Shown here: positions 1 through 10,923 of the stretch, one piece after another
Layout of the letters: each line of letters opens with the position of its first letter
Position numbering within the stretch: the stretch's first letter is position 1
Source of the DNA: Octopus sinensis
Taxonomy: Eukaryota
Direction: 5' to 3'
Assembly: GCF_006345805.1 (NCBI RefSeq)
Contig: NW_021836264.1
Coordinates: 1 to 24,167 of the forward strand
Length of the DNA stretch: 24,167 bases
Notes under the pieces: generated by a model
Told to the model about the DNA's origin: nothing
The model's input: only the letters and a program-made list of their open reading frames with translations
The model's database searches: none
Position numbers and translations under genes: made by a program

Positions 1-28
1 TTTACTCCTCTCCGGACCTCGCCTCTTT

Positions 29-55
29 CTGACGAAGAACCACTTCGAAACGTTA
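29..55 (+). other. Minimal hammerhead-ribozyme-like core of the type associated with Penelope-like elements; probably degenerate
   Basis: CTGACGA(29-35), an extra A, stem II GAA/TTC around loop CCAC, then GAAAC-GTT (palindromic ACGT mini-helix III). Helix I does not pair (TCTTT vs ACACA). Confidence 0.3.
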
Positions 56-265
56 CACACTTTTCCCATCTTAAATCGACCGCCAACCCAATGCATTTAG
101 TGTGTACGTCCTATTGACATTTGTTGTTTCGTTTTCATTTTTATTTTCGAATTAACTGTGATTATAGTTGTGTGACATCATGAATGGACAAGGGGTGACC
201 TCAAAAATGTCTACAGAAACAATAGGAAGAAGTCTGCTTCCTTTGAGCATGTCTCTTTATTAATT

Positions 266-614
266 ACCTTTCACCTACCTACCTACTTATTTACCTGACC
301 TGCACTTCGCCGGTTACGACGATGAGCATTCCAGTTGATAGCATCAACAGAACCGCCTGGTCGTGAAATTAACGTACAAGTGGGTGAGCACTTCACAGAC
401 ACGCCATACTCTTAACGTAGTTCTCAGGGAGATTCAGCGCGACACAGAATGTAACGAGGCTGGCCCTTTGAAATACAGGTCCTACTCATTTTTGCCAGCT
501 GAATGGGCTGGAGCAACGTATAAAAAAAGTGTCTTGCTGAAGAACACAACGCATCACCAGGAATTGAACACGCAATCGTGAGCTAAATACGCGAATCATT
601 ACTCTATGCGCCTT
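266..614 (-). mobile_element. tRNA-derived SINE, family A (diverged), with (AGGT)-like tail
   Basis: The minus strand starts AAGGCGCATAGAGTAATG with B-box-like GTTCAATTCC. Body and 3' end align with the second copy at 14101-14385 (e.g. AACTACGTTAAG, TCAACTGGAA, TCGTCGTAAC). Tail repeats at 266-300. Confidence 0.8.
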
Positions 615-1259
615 CATTTGAGGCTTACCCACCTACCTAAATAAATACACGCATAGTTTACATACATACAGAGATTAGGTTGTCAAGAAAAAATGAACAA
701 AGACTGATTTACATTCTACAGATAAGAAACCTCTGAGAAACATTGAAAATTTGTAATACACGTCAGAGATTCTCTGTTCGAGGTTTCTGTGTGACCGGAT
801 GCACACAATGGTAAATACATAGAGAATATATTTTAAAGCATTTACACACATAACCGATAATGAAACACATGATTGGGAGCGATTACGAATCATCACACAA
901 TACACGTATACATACACATAGATAAACAAATTAAGGTAACCATAAAAATAAGCTCTAGCTTAATTAAAAAAAAGAAAAAGGTTTGTCAAAGAAATACATG
1001 CATAGATACCTGCGCGCACGCACACATACATAAGAGAAGAGGAATAAGCAAGAGAAGCCGGCGGGACGAAAGTGCACGGCACAGAGTGCTAGAAACTGTG
1101 CATGAGAAAGACCTCATTTATTGAAATTATTTTCGATTCGAGAGAAAAATAAACAAATATCCAGTGGCAACTGCAGCCAACTTCGGATGAGAAGTGGTGG
1201 CGATAATCTCAGTCTTTCAACTCTTCTCCAAGAATCACAAAAACAACTACCTCTCTATA

Positions 1260-1285
1260 AGTGTGTATATATATATTATATCTAT

Positions 1286-1318
<33 letters not shown>

Positions 1319-1462
1319 TACTTTATTTAAAGCAGTTGAATTTTCTGCTGCTTTAAATAAAGCATATTACTCTACCACTGGTATTTGAGTACTCTTTTTT
1401 CCACCTGTTTCGCATTTATGTGTTTACTCCGGTTAATATATATATATATATATATATAATAT

Positions 1463-1501
<39 letters not shown>

Positions 1502-1935
1502 GGTATGTATGTATGTATATATATTATATATATATATATAATATATATATATATATGTATATATATATATGTATGTATGTATATATTATATGTATATATA
1601 TATGATATAGGATGTATCTATATAGTATTATATCTATATTTATGTATATATATATTATATATATATATGTATATATATATATATGTATGTATGTATATAT
1701 ATATATGTATATTATATATATCTATATATATATATACATATATATATGTATGTATGTATATATATATGTATATATATATATGTATGTATATATATATATG
1801 TATGTATGTATATATATGTATAGTGGTCTATATATGTATATATATGTATATATATATACATATATAAATATATTGCGTATGTGTGTTTTAAATATGTATA
1901 CACACACGCACACATACACACACATATATATCTCT
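1260..1935. repeat. (TA)n / (TATG)n / (CA)n compound microsatellite interrupted by a 112-bp insert
   Basis: Visible dinucleotide and tetranucleotide runs; source of the spurious Y/I-rich ORFs. Confidence 0.95.
1321..1432. other. Short non-repetitive insert in (TA)n that begins with a perfect 15-bp hairpin; probable interspersed-repeat fragment
   Basis: CTTTATTTAAAGCAG (1321-1335) and CTGCTTTAAATAAAG (1348-1362) flank a 12-nt loop; TA runs on both sides. Confidence 0.5.
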
Positions 1936-2387
1936 ACGAGTATGTATGAAGTCCAGTAGGCATAAGTATCAGTACTAAAGACTAAATACAATTTCACAAT
2001 AAAAACTATATCGCGTGTCAGCGACTATCAAACGACAAGATGTACTTGGTATACGCCATTTCCTGCGGCAAATAGTTGTGGATGTATAGAATATATTACT
2101 GTTGGTGTGTAGACCGAGGGAATCTTTGATCAGACAGGGCTATGATTAAAAATGTTGTAGCCAGCTTCACCTTGCCTGATCCGTAGGGTTTGCATCATCG
2201 AGTGAATGGTCTCCTTTTTGAAGTTCCCAGGGATATCTGACTATTATGGGTTACGCAGGGCTATGTCATCTAAAATATCTTTTCTTTATATAAGAATTTA
2301 GGATGCCATGTTGGCGGAGTTTCGTTGTTATTTCCAGTATTTATAGAGATCCTTTTATCAATTTATTTAATCGTGGAATAGATATTT

Positions 2388-2600
2388 TGATTTCAAATTT
2401 TTGCACAAGTCCATCAATTTCGGGTGAAGGGTAAAGTCGGTTACATTGACCCCAGTGTTTAACTGGTACTTGTTTTGTCGAACCGAAAGGAGGAAAGGCA
2501 AAGTCTTCCTCGGTAAAATTTGAACTTAGAACATAAAGACAGACGAAAATACCGCTAAGCAATTTGTCTCCGGTGCTAACGATTCTGCCAGCTCGCCACC
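2388..2600 (-). mobile_element. tRNA-derived SINE, family B (tail type 1)
   Basis: Minus strand GGTGGCGAGC-TGGCAGAATCG (A box), AAGTTCAAATT (B box), core GACTTTGCCTTTCCTCCTTTCGG..AAGTACCAG, tail CCCGAAATTGATGGACTTGTGCAAAAATTTGAAATC. Homologous to 23093-23325. Confidence 0.85.
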
Positions 2601-2798
2601 GTCTCGTGAAATAAATTATATCGTAAGACTTTAAGAGACGACGATTCGCTGTCTGAAATACAGTAATAGAATTGCTGGGATTTGTGTAAGAACCCCCATC
2701 CCACCTCCACCAATTTGTTGATCGTCTCTTTCAATATCTTTATCACTGATTACAATGTTCCCTTATTTTCTTTGAATACGCCTGCCCCCGCTTTTCAT

Positions 2799-3080
2799 GT
2801 TAAGTTAAGTTAAGTTGATGTTTTGGCTCAAAAAGCAAAAAGCAAGGCCATGTAGGGGAACATGGAGTTATGTACAGGGAGGGGGTTCATGCAAAGAGTT
2901 CAGGCCATTTCTGGTCAAGAGAGACTTTTAACCGAGCGGTCGTCGGCATCTTCACCATCTCGTCAGGCAGCTTATTCCACGGATCCGCAACCCGGACGGA
3001 GAAAGCCCCTCTCCTTCGATTGAGATAAAATTGTCGCAGATAGAGCTTTTCGGAGTGACCACGCAGCCGACGTTCTATAA
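2799..3080 (-). mobile_element. CR1-group LINE 3' fragment (ORF2 C-terminus + 3' UTR + (AACTT)n tail)
   Basis: Minus translation ERRLRGHSEKLYLRQFYLNRRRGAFSVRVADPWNKLPDEMVKMPTTARLKVSLDQKWPELFA* (stop at 2887-2889) matches the CR1 RGH..KL / FS.RV..WN.LP..V / K..LD pattern; (GTTAA)n at 2799-2816. Confidence 0.85.
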
Positions 3081-3104
3081 GTGGGCCTATATGTTATTTA
3101 CTCT

Positions 3105-4165
3105 GATCTTACTAGCGTCTTTGATGTCATTCAAGTTCCGAGTGGTTCCTTCCGATTTTTTGGCTACCACTCGACAATAGGGCGCCACCACATGTCTGTG
3201 AGTACTGCATTGTGTTCAGTTCTGTGTAATTTGTGTTTTGGGCATTCTGCTATAACATCGTTCACTCCACTCCATTTCCAAATTATCTTGTTTCGGCAAA
3301 GTTCCCTCATTTCTAACATGGATCTTTCCGTGACCACCTGTCTTGCAGCCAATCGGTCTCCTTCCCTCTTCGTTGTAGCTCATGCCTCCGCCTACATGCA
3401 AAACCGCAAGTAGGAAGATGCTATTGAAGAGTCTGGCACGTCATGTCTTGTCCATCTGTAATTTGAGCATATCTTGCATCGAGGTAAAATCTTTCTCCGC
3501 TGCTCTTACTCTCCGTCAGATCTTGGAGTCTATGTCGCTGCATATACTGATTGTCTGTCTCAAGTAGACATGCTCTTTCACCTCCCCAATGTCGTAATTT
3601 CCCACCACTATTCGGCCTTGAGCAACATTTTCAGATCACGTGCGTTTCTTCATGCGTTATATTATGAGGCGTACCACTGAAATCTAGGTGTCCAGCTCCG
3701 TTAACCGGTCTGCAGCGAATCTGAGACTTCTGCGAGAAACACGATGTCGTCCGCGAATCGGTGGTCGGTTAGCAGCTCACCACTGATGGTGATGACACGT
3801 TTGAAGTCAATGTCTCTGACGACTATTTTGAGACAGAATTAAACGCTTTGGATCTACGCAATCTCATTGTTTGACGCACCTTCTTATTGCAACTCTCATA
3901 GATTGTTACAGCCGAACTATATCATTGTGGTGCATCGCACGTTCGCCTCCCTGTGAAGTTTCAAGTATAAAGAACAGTGCACCAAATTCTAGCATCTTCA
4001 GTCTCTACATCACTGCATTCAGCGAGACAATATCAAAAGGTTTTTCATAATCTATGAAGGCAAAGCAAAGAGGTAACTTTCAGTCGGTGTAGTGGTAGTG
4101 TTAGAGTGAATATGCAACCAATCATGGTTGAAGTTTTTCCGAAAGACCCTCTTACACACTGGGTC
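3105..4165 (-). pseudogene. Decayed RTE-clade LINE reverse transcriptase (RT core to C-terminus)
   Basis: Minus strand LPLCFAFIDYEKPFD (about 4035-4075), RFADDIVFL (FADD at 3746-3757) and C-terminal ..ERSMLEMREL..SGVNDVI..WRPIVEW; many stops and frameshifts. Confidence 0.85.
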
Positions 4166-4252
4166 GAAAGTAAGAGCAACAAGCAGGTGAATGGTGTATA
4201 AACAATGCTACAAAGTCATTCTCGATTCCAAGTCATTGCCACCATAAGCATG

Positions 4253-4524
4253 CACACACACACACACACACACACCACACACACACATGATGTACATGTA
4301 TGTATATGCTTATATATACATACAAACATCAAACGTGCGTTTGCTGAAGCTTGCAGGAAACAAACCAAACGATTATGTAAGCAATCTACACATACTTTCT
4401 GGCTCACAAAGCCGCCTACATAACTAGTCGGATAGACATATGATACACACAAAATACACACGTAATACACACATCTCATATTGATTTTCTTCACGGCACA
4501 AGTAAGAATAAAAACCAGACTAAA

Positions 4525-4565
<41 letters not shown>

Positions 4566-4580
4566 ATGTATATATGTATA
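4253..4580. repeat. (CA)n at 4253-4288 and (TA)n at 4527-4580 with low-complexity spacer
   Basis: Direct inspection. Confidence 0.85.
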
Positions 4581-5064
4581 TTTTATAGCTCCTTCTTGTG
4601 GTTTTTTCATCGACTTGTGGCTACTTGATTTCATATGCATGATTAAAATCGTTAAACAACTGACCATAAAATGGAAGACGTTGAGTTTCGTTTTTATATC
4701 CGAGAGGGGGTTGGGTGGGATCGGTAGGTTTATAACAGAGACTTATATTTGTTTAATATCAGATGTGTTTTATATATATATTTCTTGTTAAATGCTGCTG
4801 TTCTGCAGAGGGTAGGCTTTTCTTTTTGAGAGGGTGGCGGATATTTTTTCATTTTTATTGAACATTTTGTTTCAAGATATTGATTTTAATAAAATGACAA
4901 ATAAATATAAATAACATATAAATAAAATATAACACTAATAGAAAGAGAGAGAGAGAGAGATAAAAACGAGAAAAGATTTTAAAGATTATAGAGCTAACTG
5001 TAAAAGGAATATATGTGGGTACAAGCACATACGTATATATTACAATACATGAGTGTTTGGCGGT

Positions 5065-5242
5065 GTGTGTGTATGTATGTATGCATATATATTTATTCAC
5101 ACACACACACACATATATATATATACATATGTACACATAATATATATATATATGCATATGTGTGCACAAAAATATGATCTTTAATATATATATTTATGAA
5201 CATTTCTATAAATGTATGTATTTATATATCCACGCCTGTGTG

Positions 5243-5298
<56 letters not shown>

Positions 5299-5386
5299 TA
5301 TACACACACAGTATATTATACATTATACATACATACATATATACATATATATGCATACACACACAAATATATACACACACACAATA
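5065..5386. repeat. (TG)/(CA)/(TA)n compound microsatellite
   Basis: Direct inspection; includes a long pure TA run at about 5246-5290. Confidence 0.9.
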
Positions 5387-5765
5387 TCTCTTCTATATAA
5401 ACGGCAGTTTGTCTGTGCGTTTTCTGGGTGTCTGTTTCTCGTACCATCCCCTGACCACGGCTTTCAACCGTTCTGATGAAACTTGACAAACACATAGCCC
5501 ATGTCATAATTCAAAAACTAACGCAGCGAAAATTTTGAAAAGTTCCCCCAGTTCTGAAAAAGATCGATAAATTCGACATGGGGTCGAGAATCAGAAACAC
5601 AAACCACAGGACTCTCTAGGGAACGCAACTCGACCCTTTTAACTATCAAAAAAATTTACCATAATTTTTTCCCCATTTTTTTGCTATTTTTTGGCTATAA
5701 CTCTCTAAAAATGCTTTATAGTTATTTCCCTTACAAACCCGAGCAACGCCGGGCGATACTGCTAG
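5387..5765 (+). mobile_element. Complete non-autonomous Helitron (379 bp)
   Basis: Starts 5'-TC (5387) and ends CTAG-3' (5762-5765), inserted between A5386 and T5766. Subterminal GC hairpin CCCGAGCAACGCCGGG (5738-5753) lies 8 nt before CTAG; 5' TCTATATAAA..GTCTGT start. Confidence 0.85.
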
Positions 5766-6165
5766 TATATACATATATATATAATATACACACATACATA
5801 CACATGTACTTACAAATGTAGTATAAGCAATGTGTGTACACCAACATTATCTTGATATATAGATTAAGTATATATCTATACATATATCTATTTATATATA
5901 CACGCATGTCTTCATATATAATATAGTAATGTAAATCTATCTATTATCTAATCTTTATCTATCTATCTGTATATATAATAATAGATATATTATATATATT
6001 ATACATATATATATACATATATATATATACATATATATATATACATAGACACCAACCCATCCACTCACACACACACACATGCATAAGCACGTACACACCA
6101 ACATACACACTTTTTCTTATTGTTCTGAATCTCCCTCTGCCTCTTCCTCTCTCTCTCTCTCCCAT
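5766..6165. repeat. (TA)/(CA)/(TC) low-complexity tract
   Basis: Direct inspection. Confidence 0.8.
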
Positions 6166-6450
6166 TCTTTTAGGTTCAGTTTAAGAAAATAACATTAAAA
6201 CAAATATATTTAGAAATTCTGAGGAGGAAAATCGTTTACATCAGAAAACTGTTGGTACGCTGCTCTTGTGGCACGTCTGTTAGAAGCCGAGATATAGATT
6301 GATGTGGTTATTGAGGTTTAACACAATTATAGAGATGCGAACATGCAGGCATCCCAATATACATACATACATGCACTCATACACACATACACGAATAACT
6401 GTCTATCAAACTGAAGCTATGGCATCTGATAACAAATGGGAAAATGAATT

Positions 6451-6481
<31 letters not shown>

Positions 6482-6744
6482 CATATATGGCGTGAAAGAT
6501 CTACATCGGTATCTGTTGTCGCTGCAATGTTTTCATTAAGAGACAAAACTAATCGAAAGGAATAAAATACTTAGCGATGGAGATTAAGTATATTGGACAA
6601 TGTATTCCTAGATATGCTATGACAGCAAGAAAACTCCAGATAGCAATGGCGAGAATGGCTTTGATCATATTACTACTGTTGGTTAAGGGTCCACTTTGGG
6701 CTAACTGATAAGAACAAGAAGAAGTTACCCCAGTCTCCAACAAC

Positions 6745-6955
6745 ACTACCACCAATACTGCAACAACGGTATACCACCATCACCACCACACCACCACCAC
6801 ACCACCACCACAACACAACTGCAAAGAACAGAATACATTTTGTTTTCGAATTGGTCTTAGTTCTGCTTAATGGATGTCAACATTGTGTTGTAGTAATAGT
6901 GGTGGTGGTGGAGGTGGTAGTAGTAGTAGTGACATTAGTAGTAGTTGTAATAGTA
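6745..6955. repeat. (CAC)n/(CAA)n and (GGT)n/(TAG)n trinucleotide tracts
   Basis: Direct inspection at 6745-6820 and 6890-6955. Confidence 0.8.
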
Positions 6956-7352
6956 AGAGCAGCTACAGCCGACGGCTTTTTTATCAACAGGACTACCTCA
7001 TCATGATCTCAAAGTTAGGCAACCGATCGGTAGAATTGGTAGCTCGTCAAATATCTTGCAGCGTGGGCTCTGTCTGTGTACCCCGTGTTACAATCCAGCC
7101 GACGTACGTCCATTTTACCTTCCATCATTCAGGGACCGATAGCACAAAGTAACGATCAGGTAATGACTTGATTTTACCTTCTCAATTTTTCTTCTTGTCA
7201 GAATCTAGTGCACTGCGCTGGACGAACGGTATGGAAAGAAAAAAACCCCATTCTCACTTTACTCCGAGATAACCGCATCCATTCTATTGCTGCGAAAGAA
7301 TGTTGGCACCGAGGGCTTGGCAAAGTAATATAGCATCACCGATGAGGTAAAC

Positions 7353-7537
7353 CAGGGTTCACCTAACATTTTAGACCATCGACCTCTGCACAGATTCCTT
7401 GACCCCTCCATCGCCCACAGGCATGTTAAAAAAAATAAATAAAAAAAAGTAGATGTGTAGTTTTCAGGCATTTATCAACCGTTTGAATAGTCCCATCGAC
7501 CCCCAGGGGTCGATGTCGACCACTTTGGAGACCCCTG
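7353..7537. mobile_element. hAT-like MITE (185 bp, diverged)
   Basis: Imperfect TIRs CAGGGTTCACCTAA / CAGGGGTCTCCAAA (11 of 14 match), the CAGGGGT start typical of hAT ends, and a subterminal palindrome CATCGACCCC-CA-GGGGTCGATG (7494-7515). No 8-bp TSD retained. Confidence 0.55.
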
Positions 7538-9094
7538 ACGTGGAGGATAGAGTTGATGGTGCGGAAGAGGTTAGGGATGATATTGATAAAGAAGGGGATG
7601 GTGATGAGGATGGTAAAAAAACTGATAACTAACCATTTGGTCTTGTTATACAGATTTAAAATATTCAAAACTAGTTTTATCGCATCCTATACGTCTGGCA
7701 TATTTTTAAAGACTATACGGCATTAGTTATCAGCCCTATCTAGCGAGAAAGAGGCTTTGTCGCACGTCACCAGTGTATGGAAGCGTGATGCAAATCACCA
7801 AAGGTTCATAAGCACAGACACACCACACACACATAGACATCAGTTAGACAAACTTAATAAGGTATGGTGTCAGTTTCTGTTTCAATAGACAGAAATTCAG
7901 AATCCAAACACAGTGGATTACTTGAGCGGTAAGTGGGTATGTCTCGCTTATATATATATATATATATATATATACATTCGTACGAGTCAGTGTGCGAATA
8001 TATATATGATGTGTTCAACGATGTATGTGTATTATCCAATACGTACGAATGCGTGTGTATAGATATACATATGTTTGTGTGTTTTCGTTTATATGTGAAC
8101 AATGTGCGGGTGTACGTGAGAGAGGAGTTGGTTCCTTGCAACTTGTATGGATGCTGTGCCGTTACATAATTAGCTTACGACCAATGCTATGTTATTACAT
8201 CATAACCTTCATTAAGACAAGAAACGGTAGGTTGCGAAGCGCCAAGATTAATGTTTATATATCAAAGGAAAGACAAACCTGATGAAAAATGGTTGCGAAA
8301 TTAATTGAATAAAAAGACGAAGTGGAATCCGTAAGACACAAGAAGGGAGGGGGGGAGGAAGTGAAAGAGAGGAAGAGAGACATTAATATCTAAATAGATA
8401 GTGAGAAATAGAGAAACATTAATAAATACATAGAGACAATGCCAAAGGGAGTCGGGGGGGTCGTAAATAGATACATGGAGACAGAGAGACGATGATGGTA
8501 GTTGAGGAGGGGGAGGGGGACAGGAAATTAAGGGGAGTAGGTGGAGGTGAGAAAGCGAGTTGTACATTTCTTACGTTCATATTGCTTTATTGTTACTTTA
8601 TATGTAATTTTTTTTTTGTATTTTTGGTGTTGATTTGTTATTAGTTTTATAGAAATATCCCTTTGATCTTGAAATTTTTATCTCCTGGATTATACACTTA
8701 TACCGATACATACATATGCACATAAACATATACATCCGTAGAAATATGTGTAGGGGTTTACAAGTATTTATATACATTCATAAATACATATATAAATGCA
8801 TGTATATACACGCACACAAAAAGGTCCTACATAATGGCTTGGGAGAAGATTTTAGTTTAAATTTTATATGTAACTTCAATTTATGCAGGACACACACTCA
8901 CACACGATATAATATATATTATATAAGACAATATGCCCATAAACTTAGAGATATTGTATATACACACGTATATACAATTATATATGCATAGACATATATA
9001 CACTTACATACATACAATCATATACACGATTTTGACGACCAATGTGTCTTTCTAAATAATAATTTTCAAGAATTTCGTAACCTGATCACGTAGT

Positions 9095-9231
9095 AGGAGT
9101 AATAGTATTAGTAATAGTAGTAGCAGCAGTTATAACAACAACAAAAACAATAACAATAATACTCATAACAAAAGAGGGAATTCAATTGAACACCTTTTAC
9201 TAACGTTGAAGCCTACTTTAGCATTTAATAT

Positions 9232-9262
<31 letters not shown>

Positions 9263-9370
9263 ATGTGTGTGTGTGTGTGTATGTGTACGTATACGTGAGT
9301 ATGTGTACACAACACGCACATACACTCTAAAGCATACAAACATGTATAAGTGTGTATGTATGCATATTAT
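9095..9370. repeat. (TAG)/(CAA) and (TG)n microsatellites
   Basis: Direct inspection. Confidence 0.8.
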
Positions 9371-9574
9371 ATTAAATAATGAAAATTGTTCCATTTGCCA
9401 TCATCTGCGATAAAAGTCTTGGCACAGGGATAGTGGAGAGCTGCTGAATAATTGAACAAGATTCATTAATGTTGATGTTGTTGTAATCTACAGAAATGTT
9501 CGTTGTGAGTTGAACTATACGAATAAATCTATGTCTAGTTAAACACCGAATATACAGATTCGCACACAAAGACA

Positions 9575-9863
9575 CACATACACACTCTTTCTCTCTCTCT
9601 CTCAAACACACACACACACATACACACACACACACACACACATATATATACTAATACATGTACAAATACATATGCTTATATATATATATACATATATACA
9701 TACATATATACACACACACATAAATATATATAAATGCATATATATATACATATATATATGCATATGTATATATATGCATTTATGCATATATATATATATG
9801 TATATATATACATGCATATATATATGTATTTATATATGCATACATATATGTATATATAGATAC

Positions 9864-9912
<49 letters not shown>

Positions 9913-10130
9913 CATACATATATATATATATATACATACATATATATATATATATATATTATATATATAATATATATATATATGCATATATATATATGCA
10001 TATATACATGCATATATATATATGCGCATATATATATATATGTATATATATATATGCATACATATATGTATATATATATATATACATATATATGTATATA
10101 TATGCATACATATATATATGTATATATATG

Positions 10131-10163
<33 letters not shown>

Positions 10164-10164
10164 C

Positions 10165-10217
<53 letters not shown>

Positions 10218-10436
10218 TATATATATATATATATTATATATATATGCATATATATATATGCATATATACATGCATATATATATATATGCGCATATATATA
10301 TATGTATAATATATATATATGCATACATATATGTATATATATATACATACATATATATATGTATATATGCATACATATATATATGTATAATATGCATACA
10401 TATATATAGATATATATATATATATATATATATATA
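9575..10436. repeat. Large degenerate (TA)n array with TATG/TACA/TGCA variants
   Basis: About 860 bp of TA-based repeats; produces the 245-aa spurious ORF. Confidence 0.95.
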
Positions 10437-10790
10437 TGGTGGCTGCCCTCTCGTTATCAAGTATGGCCATTGCACGAAGCTTAATCAATGTTGTTATTGT
10501 GCAATGCCTGTGCAAGAAGATTTTTTTTAAGTGAAGAAAGGCTGTGCACTGAGACAATCTCACTCAATAAGCAACAGCAGCCATAGTCCGAAAGGAAGAA
10601 CAAGTCAGCATCATCGGTAACTACTGAGCCGAAGGTTTTATATCGGAGTTATCCCAGTTACCTGAGTTACCTTCTCCTAGAAGGATGCCCTAACAAAGGC
10701 TAGGAGTCCTTCACTCCCAATGGTTTAACCGCGCATGATATAGCCTTAAGACATTTATTGGATGGCCGTTGACTCTCAAGAGTTCCTCCT
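10437..10790 (-). mobile_element. Short (354 bp) non-coding retroelement in (TA)n; probably RTE-derived non-autonomous (5'UTR + 3'UTR bipartite)
   Basis: Sharp boundaries against TA arrays on both sides. Minus strand has GGGCATCCTTCTAGGAGAAGGTAACTC, which I recall as resembling RTE 5'-UTR motifs, and ends GCCATACTTGATAACGAGAGGGCAGCCACCA. No pol III boxes or TIRs seen. Confidence 0.4.
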
Positions 10791-10923
10791 ATATATATAT
10801 ATATACATACATATCTAGATATCTATATATATATGTATATATATGAGTGTGTGTATATATATATGTGTATATAAATATATATGTATATATATGAGTGTGT
10901 GTATATATATATGTGTATATAAA

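Noticed and set aside
8279-8310. CTGATGA...GAAA hammerhead-like spacing (also 5474 and 19398)
   Set aside because: No stem II or helix I complementarity.
8340-8550. G-rich runs with G-quadruplex potential
   Set aside because: Low-complexity purine tract with irregular long loops; nothing specific beyond composition.
9672-10530. Long ORFs (up to 245 aa) rich in Y/I/M/C/H, and similar ORFs at 1505-1997 and 11938-12508
   Set aside because: Translations of stop-free (TA)n-based microsatellites.
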